DNA of 64,000 bases from the NCBI GenBank assembly GCA_963668315.1, contig OY764216.1, forward strand, positions 4,480,001 to 4,544,000. The letters are read 5' to 3'. Of this stretch, positions 40,129 to 49,325 are shown one piece after another (the stretch's first letter is position 1; every line of letters begins with the position of its first letter). The notes under the pieces were generated by a model. It was given only the letters and a program-made list of their open reading frames with translations, ran no database searches and was not told the origin of the DNA. A program made the position numbers and the translations under genes. The DNA comes from Spirochaetia bacterium. GTDB taxonomy: Bacteria; Spirochaetota; Spirochaetia; DSM-2461.

Positions 40129-40731
40129 TCAGATAAGAATCTCCAAATATTTCATAAGAACAGAACTAATTCTAAGATCTTTTCCATAGGAGACTAATTT
40201 ATTCAAATTTCGCTCTTTACAATAGACATATTCCTGCAGAGCTTCCTTCATGATATCAAACCCGATTCTATTTCTAAATCTTACAATATCACATATGGTC
40301 TTCTCCCGATCATATATTTGGATATTAATTCCAGGTTCGACTTCAACGGAGACAATACCTAATGAATAGAATACTCCTGAAAATGAGCTTAGTTGGATAG
40401 GTGGAAATTCGGGTAACTTTATTTTCCGTCCCCGGGGAATAGCAATATGAATTTCAGAGGCTATCCAGGTCGTTAAGTCATAATAGGCAAGAGCTGTTCC
40501 TAAACATATGATACCATCGGGAATCGAGACCTGAGCTTCTTTTAAAGAATTGTACTGATCATTCTCTGAAAGACTATATAGCCCATGTTTAAGCTTGATA
40601 ATCGTGCCATCTTCCAGGAGGTCTTTAAGATATTTGTGATGCAACCCTACTGCAGTTATATCCCTGGAAGTGGCAAAACCAGATTGCTGTCGGAAAATGG
40701 TTAAGATCTTCTCACGGGTTGTAGCGTTCAT
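40129..40731 (-). CDS. AbiEi type IV antitoxin (no adjacent toxin)
   Basis: HGLYSL, CLGTAL.YY.LTT and YD.EKTICD..R.RN. Confidence 0.88.
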   Translation of the reverse strand: MNATTREKILTIFRQQSGFATSRDITAVGLHHKYLKDLLEDGTIIKLKHGLYSLSENDQYNSLKEAQVSIPDGIICLGTALAYYDLTTWIASEIHIAIPRGRKIKLPEFPPIQLSSFSGVFYSLGIVSVEVEPGINIQIYDREKTICDIVRFRNRIGFDIMKEALQEYVYCKERNLNKLVSYGKDLRISSVLMKYLEILI

Positions 40732-40782
40732 TCTGACATTATATACCTCACTTAGAGCTAAGTGTAGTATTTTACGTCATAA

Positions 40783-41100
40783 TCAAATCAATTCAGAATA
40801 ATTGCGCTTACCATAAATCACTCGAACAATATTGACCTTCTGGGAGCTCTCATCAACCTTGTACAGAGCGATATAATTGCCAATGACAAGTTTTCTATAG
40901 CCTCTCTCAAGAAGATCATGATCCAGTACCTTACTGCCTGAAAAGGGATGAACCTCTAAAGATTCAATCCTTTTCTCCATACTATCAATCAAGTCAATGG
41001 CAGATCTCGGATTATCCAACTCCTCAAAGATGTATCGATAGATATCCCGCATATCATCTAAAGCGTGACGAGTGAAGAATAGGGTATACTTATTTCCCAA
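40783..41100 (-). CDS. RelE/ParE family toxin
   Basis: A..D...IY.YI...L.NP..A, GYRKL..GNY and RV.YG. Confidence 0.9.
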   Translation of the reverse strand: MGNKYTLFFTRHALDDMRDIYRYIFEELDNPRSAIDLIDSMEKRIESLEVHPFSGSKVLDHDLLERGYRKLVIGNYIALYKVDESSQKVNIVRVIYGKRNYSELI

Positions 41101-41353
41101 GAAATTCTTCCCTTAAACCTTTGAGTGCAACTCCCGCTTCTATTACATGACCCTTCCGAAGATCGTCTTCACCATCGGCGAGCTTTGCGAACAAATCTGC
41201 TTTTGCCATACTCTTTTCATAGGTATCCATACTCATAACGACCATATCCCCGTAACCGTTCTTAGTAACAAAAACCGGTTCGTCTTTCTCATGACATAGA
41301 CGTGATATCTCCTGGGTATCTCTTAAATCCTTAATGGGAATAATCTGTGGCAT
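41090..41353 (-). CDS. Phd/YefM antitoxin
   Basis: PI.DLR and EPVFVTKNGYGDMVVMS; palindrome ATTATGACATAAT upstream. Confidence 0.9.
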   Translation of the reverse strand: MPQIIPIKDLRDTQEISRLCHEKDEPVFVTKNGYGDMVVMSMDTYEKSMAKADLFAKLADGEDDLRKGHVIEAGVALKGLREEFLGK

Positions 41354-41487
41354 AATAACCTCCGATACACAATTATGACATAATTATGAACTATTATCAA
41401 TAAATACAACTCTTCACTCAATTATCATGTAGTTCAGAAATATGAAAAAACTGTACTATCGGGCTGGCAACTTATACAATATTTCTA

Positions 41488-42609
41488 TTACACAAAAACG
41501 TCATCCAGAATCTTCTGAATAGTTTCAGGGAATATTAAGTCATAGCTTTTCTTATTTCGAACTTTCCCGACTGCATTCTGGGCTGTCCTCTTTGCTATGG
41601 CTTTCCCATTCATGGTAAAATGATTCATCAAATAGGGAATAATCTTATAGGCCGTACCATGGGATTCCAACGTAATGCAATCCCGTTCATGAAGGAAAAT
41701 AACAAGAGAGACCAGAGAAACACAGGTTTTCTCAAGAGTATCATCTCCCTCATGGCTTAACCAGTTCACCCCAGATGCGACAGGTTCGGGTAAAGCGTCT
41801 TGAAAGGAAAAATGGTCCTTTACATCTGAAAGAGAATCAATATATCCTTCCCTCTCTAACTTAGTGATGAGAGATCTCAGCTTTGTGAAATCTCCCCGCC
41901 AATATATTTTCTGAAATCCAGTCGTATCTATCGGTTTTCCAGCACGATAAGCCTCTAACTTATGCCGATTGAATACCCTTGATTTTCCACTACCTGAAAA
42001 TACTGATTCCGGGATTTCCTTCGCTGAGATTCTATTCTGCAATGTTTTTAAGGTAATCCCTAAATATTTTGCCGCCTGTTTAGAGGTTAGCCAGGTCAAA
42101 CTGCGTAGATAGTCAAATGTTTCCACTTTTTGAGGAGACAGCAGGTCATGCTCAACAAATGTCTCAGTACTACCAGTATTCATAAATGATTGTGGATTTC
42201 CAGAGGAATATCCCTTGTTCAAGTATTCTATCTCTTTAGCGATTCTGTCTTTCAGGTTCGTTAAGCAGGAATAATATTTATCTAAATCCTCAATCTCTGC
42301 GTTTATTCTGTCAAAAACTAATGTTTTCCAATCATACTTCTCGCTATAGTTCTTGATTTCATCAAATAGGTCATTAAGAAAATGCAGCCTATTCTGAAGT
42401 GACTTTCTCTTCTCAATATAGGGTAACAGGTCTTCCCATGAAGGAACATCGTACATAGTATCCACCATATCTGACTTTAATGATTCAAGCCTATCTATTG
42501 TTTCACCTACCATCTCAACAGTTCCTTTTTTCACCTTTTTTACAATTCTTTCATATTCCTTTTTCGACTGGTAATACTCTTTAGTATGTGCAAACAGAAC
42601 TTCGTACAT
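41488..42609 (-). CDS. protein with internal excisionase-like HTH and RteC-like C-terminal repeats
   Basis: WLTSKQAAKYLGITLKTLQN; IYWRGDFTKLRSLITKLEREGYI. Confidence 0.65.
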   Translation of the reverse strand: MYEVLFAHTKEYYQSKKEYERIVKKVKKGTVEMVGETIDRLESLKSDMVDTMYDVPSWEDLLPYIEKRKSLQNRLHFLNDLFDEIKNYSEKYDWKTLVFDRINAEIEDLDKYYSCLTNLKDRIAKEIEYLNKGYSSGNPQSFMNTGSTETFVEHDLLSPQKVETFDYLRSLTWLTSKQAAKYLGITLKTLQNRISAKEIPESVFSGSGKSRVFNRHKLEAYRAGKPIDTTGFQKIYWRGDFTKLRSLITKLEREGYIDSLSDVKDHFSFQDALPEPVASGVNWLSHEGDDTLEKTCVSLVSLVIFLHERDCITLESHGTAYKIIPYLMNHFTMNGKAIAKRTAQNAVGKVRNKKSYDLIFPETIQKILDDVFV

Positions 42610-42616
42610 TATTTCC

Positions 42617-43798
42617 TCAAATCAGTTTTTCCTGGGCTTTTCTCACCGGATCAAAATCTTCCAGATCAAGTTGATGTGTATACTGGTCAGTAACACTTTT
42701 CGAACTATGACCAACCACCGCTCTCAACAAATGCTCCGGAACTTTAGGGCGTACTTTACTAACGAAGAAATGTCTCCAGGATTGAAAGGTAATTTTTCGT
42801 TCAGACCTATCAGACTCTTTTAATCCAACGGTATAAAAGGCTTCATATAGATGCTCCGATACAGTTTTATGATCAACTGGATTATAAGGATCACTGATGC
42901 TTGAGAAAACCAATTGGTCACCCTTCTTCCCTTCCTGTTTTATTAATTGCTTTAAATGCTTCTCCGTAAATTTAGGAAAGGGTACAAATCTGATTGAGTT
43001 TCTAGTCTTTGGCCCCTTCATATTATACTGTCGTCCCCATGATCTCGTGATATGTATGAGATGATGATCAAAATCAATATCCGATACACGAAGAGCCTGA
43101 CACTCTCCCAGGCGAAGTCCTGTTGTTGCGGATAGAAGATTCATAGTATACATCTTCTGGTTACCTTTCCAGTTTTTCTTAAATAACTCTTCCTTGAACA
43201 ACTCTCTCACCTGCTTATGGGGCAAATACAGTTTCTCCCCATTTTCAACCTTATAGTCTTTGATGCTATCAAGAGGATTCTTAGGAATATACTCAAGTCT
43301 TTTGGCTTCTTCCATAATGGTTCGAAGATTCCCGATAATACTGTTAATATTCTTATTTGATAATGGCTTGTTATATCGCCCTTTGGATTTTCGTAAATCG
43401 CTTCTATAATTCTGGACCTTACGGATATTGATCTTCGTTAAGTCCATATCACCGAACTCAGGAATTAAGTGCCTTTCCAGTTCGCTCCGTTTGGCCGCTA
43501 CGTAGGCTTTTGAGTAGGAGTACCCGCTGGCAATTCGTTCTGTAACATAGGGGCAATTCTCATAATCCCAGAAGTATTTAGTAAATTCCTTAAATGTTAT
43601 ACTATCATGGGCGAAGGTACCTGAGACAACCTGTTGTATGCACCATTCAAGAGCTTCTCGCTTCGTTGTCTTACCTGTACTGATGGCGGGTAGTCTGACA
43701 CCTTCCAGATCAAAGGGATGAACATAGTACACCCATTTCCCTGCTTTATTCTTTCTGTGTTTGTAGGGCGTACCGAAATACTTTGAGACCTGGTTCAT
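42617..43798 (-). CDS. int: tyrosine recombinase/integrase
   Basis: TGLRLGE, PKT, FQSWRH, VGHSS..VTDQYTH. Confidence 0.95.
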   Translation of the reverse strand: MNQVSKYFGTPYKHRKNKAGKWVYYVHPFDLEGVRLPAISTGKTTKREALEWCIQQVVSGTFAHDSITFKEFTKYFWDYENCPYVTERIASGYSYSKAYVAAKRSELERHLIPEFGDMDLTKINIRKVQNYRSDLRKSKGRYNKPLSNKNINSIIGNLRTIMEEAKRLEYIPKNPLDSIKDYKVENGEKLYLPHKQVRELFKEELFKKNWKGNQKMYTMNLLSATTGLRLGECQALRVSDIDFDHHLIHITRSWGRQYNMKGPKTRNSIRFVPFPKFTEKHLKQLIKQEGKKGDQLVFSSISDPYNPVDHKTVSEHLYEAFYTVGLKESDRSERKITFQSWRHFFVSKVRPKVPEHLLRAVVGHSSKSVTDQYTHQLDLEDFDPVRKAQEKLI

Positions 43799-43884
43799 AC
43801 ACTTCTCCTTCTATATAATAAAGTAGTAAGAAGAAGTAATAAAGAACATTTTTCTATACTTTTCTGCTCAGTTTTTTGTAACGA

Positions 43885-43909
43885 TTTGCTTTAAATTCTG
43901 CTTTAAATT
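43885..43909. repeat. arm-type site doublet TGCTTTAAATT, 12-bp period
   Basis: Matches 3101-3126. Confidence 0.75.
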
Positions 43910-43967
43910 GTCAAAAACGCATAGTGCGCATTACGCATCAAGAGATTATAATTCTTTACTGGACAAT

Positions 43968-43992
43968 AAAAAAGCCGTCCAAAAGGACGGCT
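43968..43992 (-). terminator. terminator carried by the island downstream of the att/tRNA end
   Basis: A tract followed by AGCCGTCC-AAAA-GGACGGCT. Confidence 0.75.
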
Positions 43993-44001
43993 AAAGTACA
44001 T

Positions 44002-44047
44002 TGGGCCCACAAGGACTTGAACCTGGGACATCTTGATTATGAGTCAA
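44002..44047 (-). pseudogene. 3' half of a CAT-anticodon tRNA (probably Ile2); right att site
   Basis: Reverse complement TTGA-CTCATAA-TCAA...CCAGGTTCAAGTCCTTGTGGGCCCA; no 5' half or D-arm upstream. Confidence 0.82.
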
Positions 44048-44183
44048 TCCGATCAGGATGTTACGTTGTCGTTCTAAGTGCTCTCCAGGCCACTTAAATC
44101 CTTTTTTACTAATATCTTAGGATAAGTGGTCTGCTATATTTGATAATTAATGATAACTGCTGAAAACCAATGATGTCAACCAA

Positions 44184-44206
44184 TTTTAGTAACATTTTGT
44201 GTAACA
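44184..44206. repeat. GTAACA doublet (12-bp period), repeated at 48276-48298
   Basis: TTTTAGTAACATTTTGTGTAACA versus TTTTAGTAACAGATTGTGTAACA (21/23). Confidence 0.7.
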
Positions 44207-44215
44207 CGAACCGAT

Positions 44216-45196
44216 TTATTGTTGATTTATCTCCGCCTCCAGAGAACCTAAAATACTCATGATCTCGGAAAAGGGAATCTCTTCACCAAATATCATATCC
44301 TGCATTTCTCGATAATCACGGAGTAATGATTCTTTAATCCTAGCAGGAGGAATTAGTTTCAAAGAACCAGGATGCGCCGTGTCATAATGAGCCCAATTTG
44401 CTGGATAGAACTTAGTTTTAAATTCAACAACGTCCTTCAGCAATTCAAGATCAGACAACGCCTGATCTTTAATCTCGGAACGAGCTAACATAGCCAGATC
44501 ATAGTAATGCCGGGAATATCTGGAAGGCTGATTTTTTCCCTCAGGCCTGTGAGCTTCCTGATGTAAAATAGTTGCCTTTTCCCAAAATGTTCTTTTACCT
44601 TCAATAGCCTTTACCTCAACCTTCGTATTGCTGAATAACTGCGGAAAGTATTTTGCGGCATAGGGAGAGATAGTAAAATCACCGCTTGGCAACCATGAGG
44701 CAAGAGGCCCAATTTCGAGCCGAACCTCTGAACGAATATATCTATCTTCAAAAGACTTGGGGTATATTATATTTACACAATGAGTATCATTCTCATCTAT
44801 TACTAATTTACAAAGAGGAGAACATAATTCCTCCAAGCCTGGTTTGAGAACAGAAGCAATATATTCCTTAGCTTGAGAATTGATCTCCTTATTAAACTTA
44901 TCCTGTTTGTTTTTTGATCGAGAATCCCGTGGATCTTCACCAGAAACTAAGTTCCAATTCAAAATCAAATCAATATCTTCTGAAAATCGTTTTATGACAT
45001 TATAGACCTTTGAGAGACTGGTGCCTCCCTTAAATAGCAATTTATTCTGAAGGTCATCAGCCTGAAATATTTTCTGTAACACCCAGCAAACCCAAAAATC
45101 CTTCTCTACAATTGCTGGTGTTGCTCCCATCCTTGCCGCTGTTTCGGAAAAGATCTCACCTCTTTCTTCCTGGGATAGATTTGCAACTTTATCCAA
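44216..45196 (-). CDS. AbiEii nucleotidyltransferase toxin
   Basis: VEKDFWV, FKGGTSLSK, RFSEDID, RTFWEK and RHYYD. Confidence 0.92.
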   Translation of the reverse strand: MDKVANLSQEERGEIFSETAARMGATPAIVEKDFWVCWVLQKIFQADDLQNKLLFKGGTSLSKVYNVIKRFSEDIDLILNWNLVSGEDPRDSRSKNKQDKFNKEINSQAKEYIASVLKPGLEELCSPLCKLVIDENDTHCVNIIYPKSFEDRYIRSEVRLEIGPLASWLPSGDFTISPYAAKYFPQLFSNTKVEVKAIEGKRTFWEKATILHQEAHRPEGKNQPSRYSRHYYDLAMLARSEIKDQALSDLELLKDVVEFKTKFYPANWAHYDTAHPGSLKLIPPARIKESLLRDYREMQDMIFGEEIPFSEIMSILGSLEAEINQQ

Positions 45197-45803
45197 TAGA
45201 TGTCTCCTTAAGGACTTCCTCTACTGCTTCGTAGATCCAAACACTTACATTTTGAATATCTTTTAAAATCTTACTGGTTGAAACTCCCTTCATTGAAGAA
45301 GACATCCTCCTGATAACTTCTGGAGTTATATTCTCCTTGCCTAAAGCCTTAAAAGCTTGCACCATTAATGTACTTTCACGATGATTAAAACCAGCTTCTT
45401 TCAAAGCAATATGCTTAAATTGTAAAATCTGCTTCCCAATCGGATAACTTCTATCAGGCCCATCTGAGATATATAGAAAACTTCCGGAAACCTGATTTGA
45501 AAGTCCTAAATAATTCAAAGCTGTATTACCAGAAGGTTGGATACGCCAGTTAAACTTTCGCGCATAAGCATAGGCTACTTGCTCCATATCCGGACTTAGT
45601 TCTTGCCCTAGAAGCTCGCTATAGCGGGGATAGTAATAGATCCCAGTAGATACACGTCGTATTATCTCTTTCTTAGCAAGTTCTGAAAGAGCTTTCCTGG
45701 CCTGAGAATCAGATAAGGGAGGGACAAAATCAATCTTAGAAAATACCCAACCCCTACCGCGACTATAAATCCTAGCAAGTAACTTATCTGAAAAGGATTG
45801 CAT
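45189..45803 (-). CDS. AbiEi-type antitoxin (DUF6088-like)
   Basis: wHTH ..RV..GIY..P; PSG.TALN.LGLS.QV; overlaps the toxin start. Confidence 0.82.
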   Translation of the reverse strand: MQSFSDKLLARIYSRGRGWVFSKIDFVPPLSDSQARKALSELAKKEIIRRVSTGIYYYPRYSELLGQELSPDMEQVAYAYARKFNWRIQPSGNTALNYLGLSNQVSGSFLYISDGPDRSYPIGKQILQFKHIALKEAGFNHRESTLMVQAFKALGKENITPEVIRRMSSSMKGVSTSKILKDIQNVSVWIYEAVEEVLKETSIG

Positions 45804-45916
45804 GGCTAAATAATACTATATTTTTTCACAAAAAAACAGTATTTTTTGTGAACTATATTACAATGCTAATGGGTATTTGTTTTATTCTTTCTAATTTAAG
45901 AGTATTATATGGGCTA

Positions 45917-48274
45917 ATGGATGAGATTGAAAGTATAACAGCAGAAATATTTCACCTCGAATCTCTACTTAATAAAAAGAAGAAAAGGTTAGAGATGCTC
46001 TTGCGAGAAAAAAATACTTCTACAGTCGATAACCACTCTCCCCCTTCTGAAAAAATCAACTTATATCGTTCTCTTTTCAAGGGAAGAGATGACATCTATG
46101 CTGTCCGATTTGAAAGTAAACTGACCGGAAAAACAGGATATCAACCGGCCTGTTCTAATGAATGGAAGAAAGGCATCTGTCCAAAACCGAAGGTTAAATG
46201 CTCTGACTGTAATCAAAAAAACTTTAAAACTATCACCGATGAAACAATCTCATGTCATCTGACAGGCTATTTCTCTTCAAAAAAAATAGAGGGACAAACA
46301 AAACCTTTTGTTATGGGTCTATACCCAATGACAACAGATGAGACCTGTTATTTCCTGGCTATCGACTTTGATAAGAAGGATTGGCAAAGTGATACAACAT
46401 CCTTTCTTGAGTCTTGTGAAGAGTATAAAGTTCCAGCCTACTTGGAAAGGTCACGCTCAGGTATGGGTGGACATATATGGATATTCTTTACCGAACCGAT
46501 CAAAGCTTATAAAGCGAGAAAACTTGGATCAGCACTGATTGCCTCTGCGTTGGACAGGCGGCCGGAAATAGGACTTGATTCCTTTGATCGTTTCTTCCCA
46601 AATCAGGATACCTTACCAAAGGGAGGGTTTGGAAATCTTATAGCCCTACCCTTACAGAAAGCTGCCAGAGGAGAAGGAAATACTTGCTTTATCGATGAAA
46701 ATTTTGAACCCTATTCAGATCAGTGGCTTTTTCTTTCAACAGTAACAAAGTTATCAAATCAGAGAATTGATTACTTACTAATAAATCATCTACCTAATGA
46801 TTTATTCCCAAGTATAGTACCTTCAGACCAATTTGAGAAAAAGGGAGATTCCTATCCGGAAATTCATGATCCACTTCCGAAAAAACTATCAATTACACTT
46901 TCCAGTCAAATCTTTATAGATTCCAAAGGACTTCCACCTGTCTTAAGGAATAGAATCTTACGATTGGCATCATTCCCAAATCCCGAGTTCTATAAAGCTC
47001 AGGCCATGAGGCTTCCTACATGGAATAAACCGAGAGTACTATACTGTTATGAACAGCATGAGACGTTTATAGCACTTCCCATAGGCTGTCGGGATAAATT
47101 GAGCGCTCTCTTAACTCATTATGGAATCAGACCGAGTTTCACAGATAGAAGGGAATTAGGGATAATAAAGGATTTCCATTTTAGGGGAACACTCTACCCA
47201 GAACAAAGAAAGGCTGCTCAAGAATTATTAAAACATGACATAGGAGTTCTATCTGCTACGACAGCTTTTGGAAAAACTGTTCTTGCCCTATGGATCATCG
47301 CTCAACGGAAGACCAACACGCTAATCCTTGTACATCGCAAACAACTTATGGAACAATGGAAAGAGCGGATATCACAATTTATGGAAATATCCCCAAAAGA
47401 GATTGGACAATTCGGAGGAGGAAAGAAGAAACGATTCGGCAAAATTGATGTTGCCGTCATTCAAAGTGTAAACCAGAAAGGGAAGATTGAACCCTGGATA
47501 AATGAATACGGCCAGATAATAGTGGATGAATGCCACCATATCTCAGCCTTTTCCTTTGAACAAGTGATAAGAAAGAGCCCTGCCAGGTATAAAATAGGTC
47601 TTTCTGCAACAGTAGAGAGAAAAGATGGACAACACCCCATCATTTTCATGAATTTGGGTGAAATCAGATATAAAGTCAGTGCAAAGAAGGAATCACAAAA
47701 GAAAACCTTTCTACATAAGGTCATAAGTAAACCAACAGACTTAACCCTTCCTGTTACAGAACAGGATTATACCATTCAGGAAATATTCAGATACTTATGG
47801 ACCAATGAAGAAAGGAATGAAATGATTGCAGAGGATATTCTGGAAGCTGTAGGTACCGGTAGAGAAATCCTTATTATAAGTGAAAGAACAGATCATCTAG
47901 TTCAGCTATATGAACTCCTGGCTCCAAAACTGACCAATCTGTTTATTCTCAAAGGCCGTATGGGAAAAAAACAACGTTCTTCCACAATGGCTAGAATCAA
48001 CAATCCTGATAAGGATGAATCACGCGTCATTTTGGCAACAGGAAAATACTTGGGAGAAGGAATTGATCTACCCTTTCTGAATACCCTATTTCTCACATTT
48101 CCTGTCTCATGGAAAGGAACAGTTGCCCAATATGCCGGTCGTCTTCACAGAGATTATCACGGGAAACGGGAGGTGATAATTTATGATTATTATGACCTGA
48201 AAGTTCCTGTTTTATCACGTATGTATGATAAACGTCTTAAAGGATATCGAGCCTTAGGCTATGAAATCTGGTAA
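45917..48274 (+). CDS. AEP (TOTE-type primase domain) plus SF2 DEAD/DEAH helicase fusion
   Basis: LF.GR.D.YA, C.NEW..C.KP..C..C, DFD, ERSRSG.G.H.W, TAFGKT, DECHH, SAT and QYAGRLHR. Confidence 0.85.
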   Translation: MDEIESITAEIFHLESLLNKKKKRLEMLLREKNTSTVDNHSPPSEKINLYRSLFKGRDDIYAVRFESKLTGKTGYQPACSNEWKKGICPKPKVKCSDCNQKNFKTITDETISCHLTGYFSSKKIEGQTKPFVMGLYPMTTDETCYFLAIDFDKKDWQSDTTSFLESCEEYKVPAYLERSRSGMGGHIWIFFTEPIKAYKARKLGSALIASALDRRPEIGLDSFDRFFPNQDTLPKGGFGNLIALPLQKAARGEGNTCFIDENFEPYSDQWLFLSTVTKLSNQRIDYLLINHLPNDLFPSIVPSDQFEKKGDSYPEIHDPLPKKLSITLSSQIFIDSKGLPPVLRNRILRLASFPNPEFYKAQAMRLPTWNKPRVLYCYEQHETFIALPIGCRDKLSALLTHYGIRPSFTDRRELGIIKDFHFRGTLYPEQRKAAQELLKHDIGVLSATTAFGKTVLALWIIAQRKTNTLILVHRKQLMEQWKERISQFMEISPKEIGQFGGGKKKRFGKIDVAVIQSVNQKGKIEPWINEYGQIIVDECHHISAFSFEQVIRKSPARYKIGLSATVERKDGQHPIIFMNLGEIRYKVSAKKESQKKTFLHKVISKPTDLTLPVTEQDYTIQEIFRYLWTNEERNEMIAEDILEAVGTGREILIISERTDHLVQLYELLAPKLTNLFILKGRMGKKQRSSTMARINNPDKDESRVILATGKYLGEGIDLPFLNTLFLTFPVSWKGTVAQYAGRLHRDYHGKREVIIYDYYDLKVPVLSRMYDKRLKGYRALGYEIW

Positions 48275-48298
48275 TTTTTAGTAACAGATTGTGTAACA

Positions 48299-48577
48299 TC
48301 AAGCTATAATAGCCAAAATCCGTTTAGATATTTCATCAGGTAAATTATTCATCTTCCCCAAGAAATCAATATCCTTTGTTTGTCTGATTTGTGGAGATTC
48401 CCAAACCTGTAACATGAGTGCTCCTTTCAAGATAAATCTTTCTTTATGATTTGATTGAGAAAGACGATAGAGAAACCTTTCCATTACATAGTATTGAAGT
48501 ATTTCCTGGAAAGGCCGTTTTTCATCCCTGGAACGATTCAATAGTCGTTGATAAACTGAATCTGCAATATTTGTCAT
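48299..48577 (-). pseudogene. truncated AbiEii toxin (92 aa)
   Basis: ERFLYRLS..FILKGAL..R.TKDIDFL, then stops at the GTAACA doublet. Confidence 0.85.
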
Positions 48578-49179
48578 AATCCCATCTCTACATAGGGTCG
48601 TATTATCGATTCAACACGACAAACCTTCGCATATTCCATAATCTTCTGATAGTTCTTTTTCTTTGTAGAGCTTTGATACATTTTAAGAGCTTCCAGAACG
48701 ATATCCATTCCAATTGTATTACGAAACTTAAAACAGTCAGCCAGGGTTTTTTCAGGACAATATATTTTAATAGGGATTCCATCTAATTTATATTCGTCAA
48801 TACCAGACGAATATGATGCCAAACCAAAGTGATAAACTTGAATAGGGGGGTAATCCATCTTTGGGGTACGAGAATCCTTGGGAAGCGCAATATGTACTCG
48901 ATGGGGAATCTGTGTAGTAAGGTTATGGAAATCTAAAGCAGAAACCAAGCAAATAACGCCTCTTTCTATTTTTTGGCTAACAGTTACTAAATCAGGCTGA
49001 GAGAGACTATCAGAGTCATGAAGAATGTATAGCCCTCTGCCTACCCGCTCTATAAACCCCAGGTCCTTCAAAGAATATAGCATATATCGGCTTAAACCAT
49101 TATCCAACGCCTCTTTCATTCTGAAGGGATTATTGAGTTTTCTAAGAATTTCAAGAGAAATTTCGCTAGCCTTAGTCAT
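48574..49179 (-). CDS. AbiEi type IV antitoxin
   Basis: RGLY, CLVSAL.FH.LTTQIP and EKTLADCFKFRN. Confidence 0.9.
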   Translation of the reverse strand: MTKASEISLEILRKLNNPFRMKEALDNGLSRYMLYSLKDLGFIERVGRGLYILHDSDSLSQPDLVTVSQKIERGVICLVSALDFHNLTTQIPHRVHIALPKDSRTPKMDYPPIQVYHFGLASYSSGIDEYKLDGIPIKIYCPEKTLADCFKFRNTIGMDIVLEALKMYQSSTKKKNYQKIMEYAKVCRVESIIRPYVEMGL

Positions 49180-49180
49180 A

Positions 49181-49226
49181 AGACAAAACGTCCTTACTTA
49201 TTAATATCTATGGACATTTTGTCTGA
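49181..49226. promoter_or_regulatory. AbiEi operator inverted repeat
   Basis: AGACAAAACGTCC...GGACATTTTGTCT; 42/46 identical copy at 58501-58546. Confidence 0.75.
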
Positions 49227-49325
49227 AATAATCCTTATAATCAAGTGAAGAATTATAATATAACATTTTTTCTTAGTACTCTTCGAGGTATTATAATACC
49301 TCACTTAATAAACAAAGCTAGATAA

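Larger units (their letters stand above)
2963..44024. mobile_element. ~41 kb tRNA-targeting integrative element (genomic island)
   Basis: 23-bp direct repeats, integrase next to the right att, and matching TGCTTTAAATT doublets inside both ends. Confidence 0.88.

Noticed and set aside
26852..43798. Complete prophage or conjugative ICE
   Set aside because: No terminase, capsid, tail, lysis, relaxase, VirB4 or VirD4 motifs were recognised.
44002..44080. Intact tRNA-Ile2/Met gene
   Set aside because: Only the anticodon arm, T-arm (with a mismatch) and 3' acceptor strand are present; there is no complementary 5' acceptor strand or D-arm.
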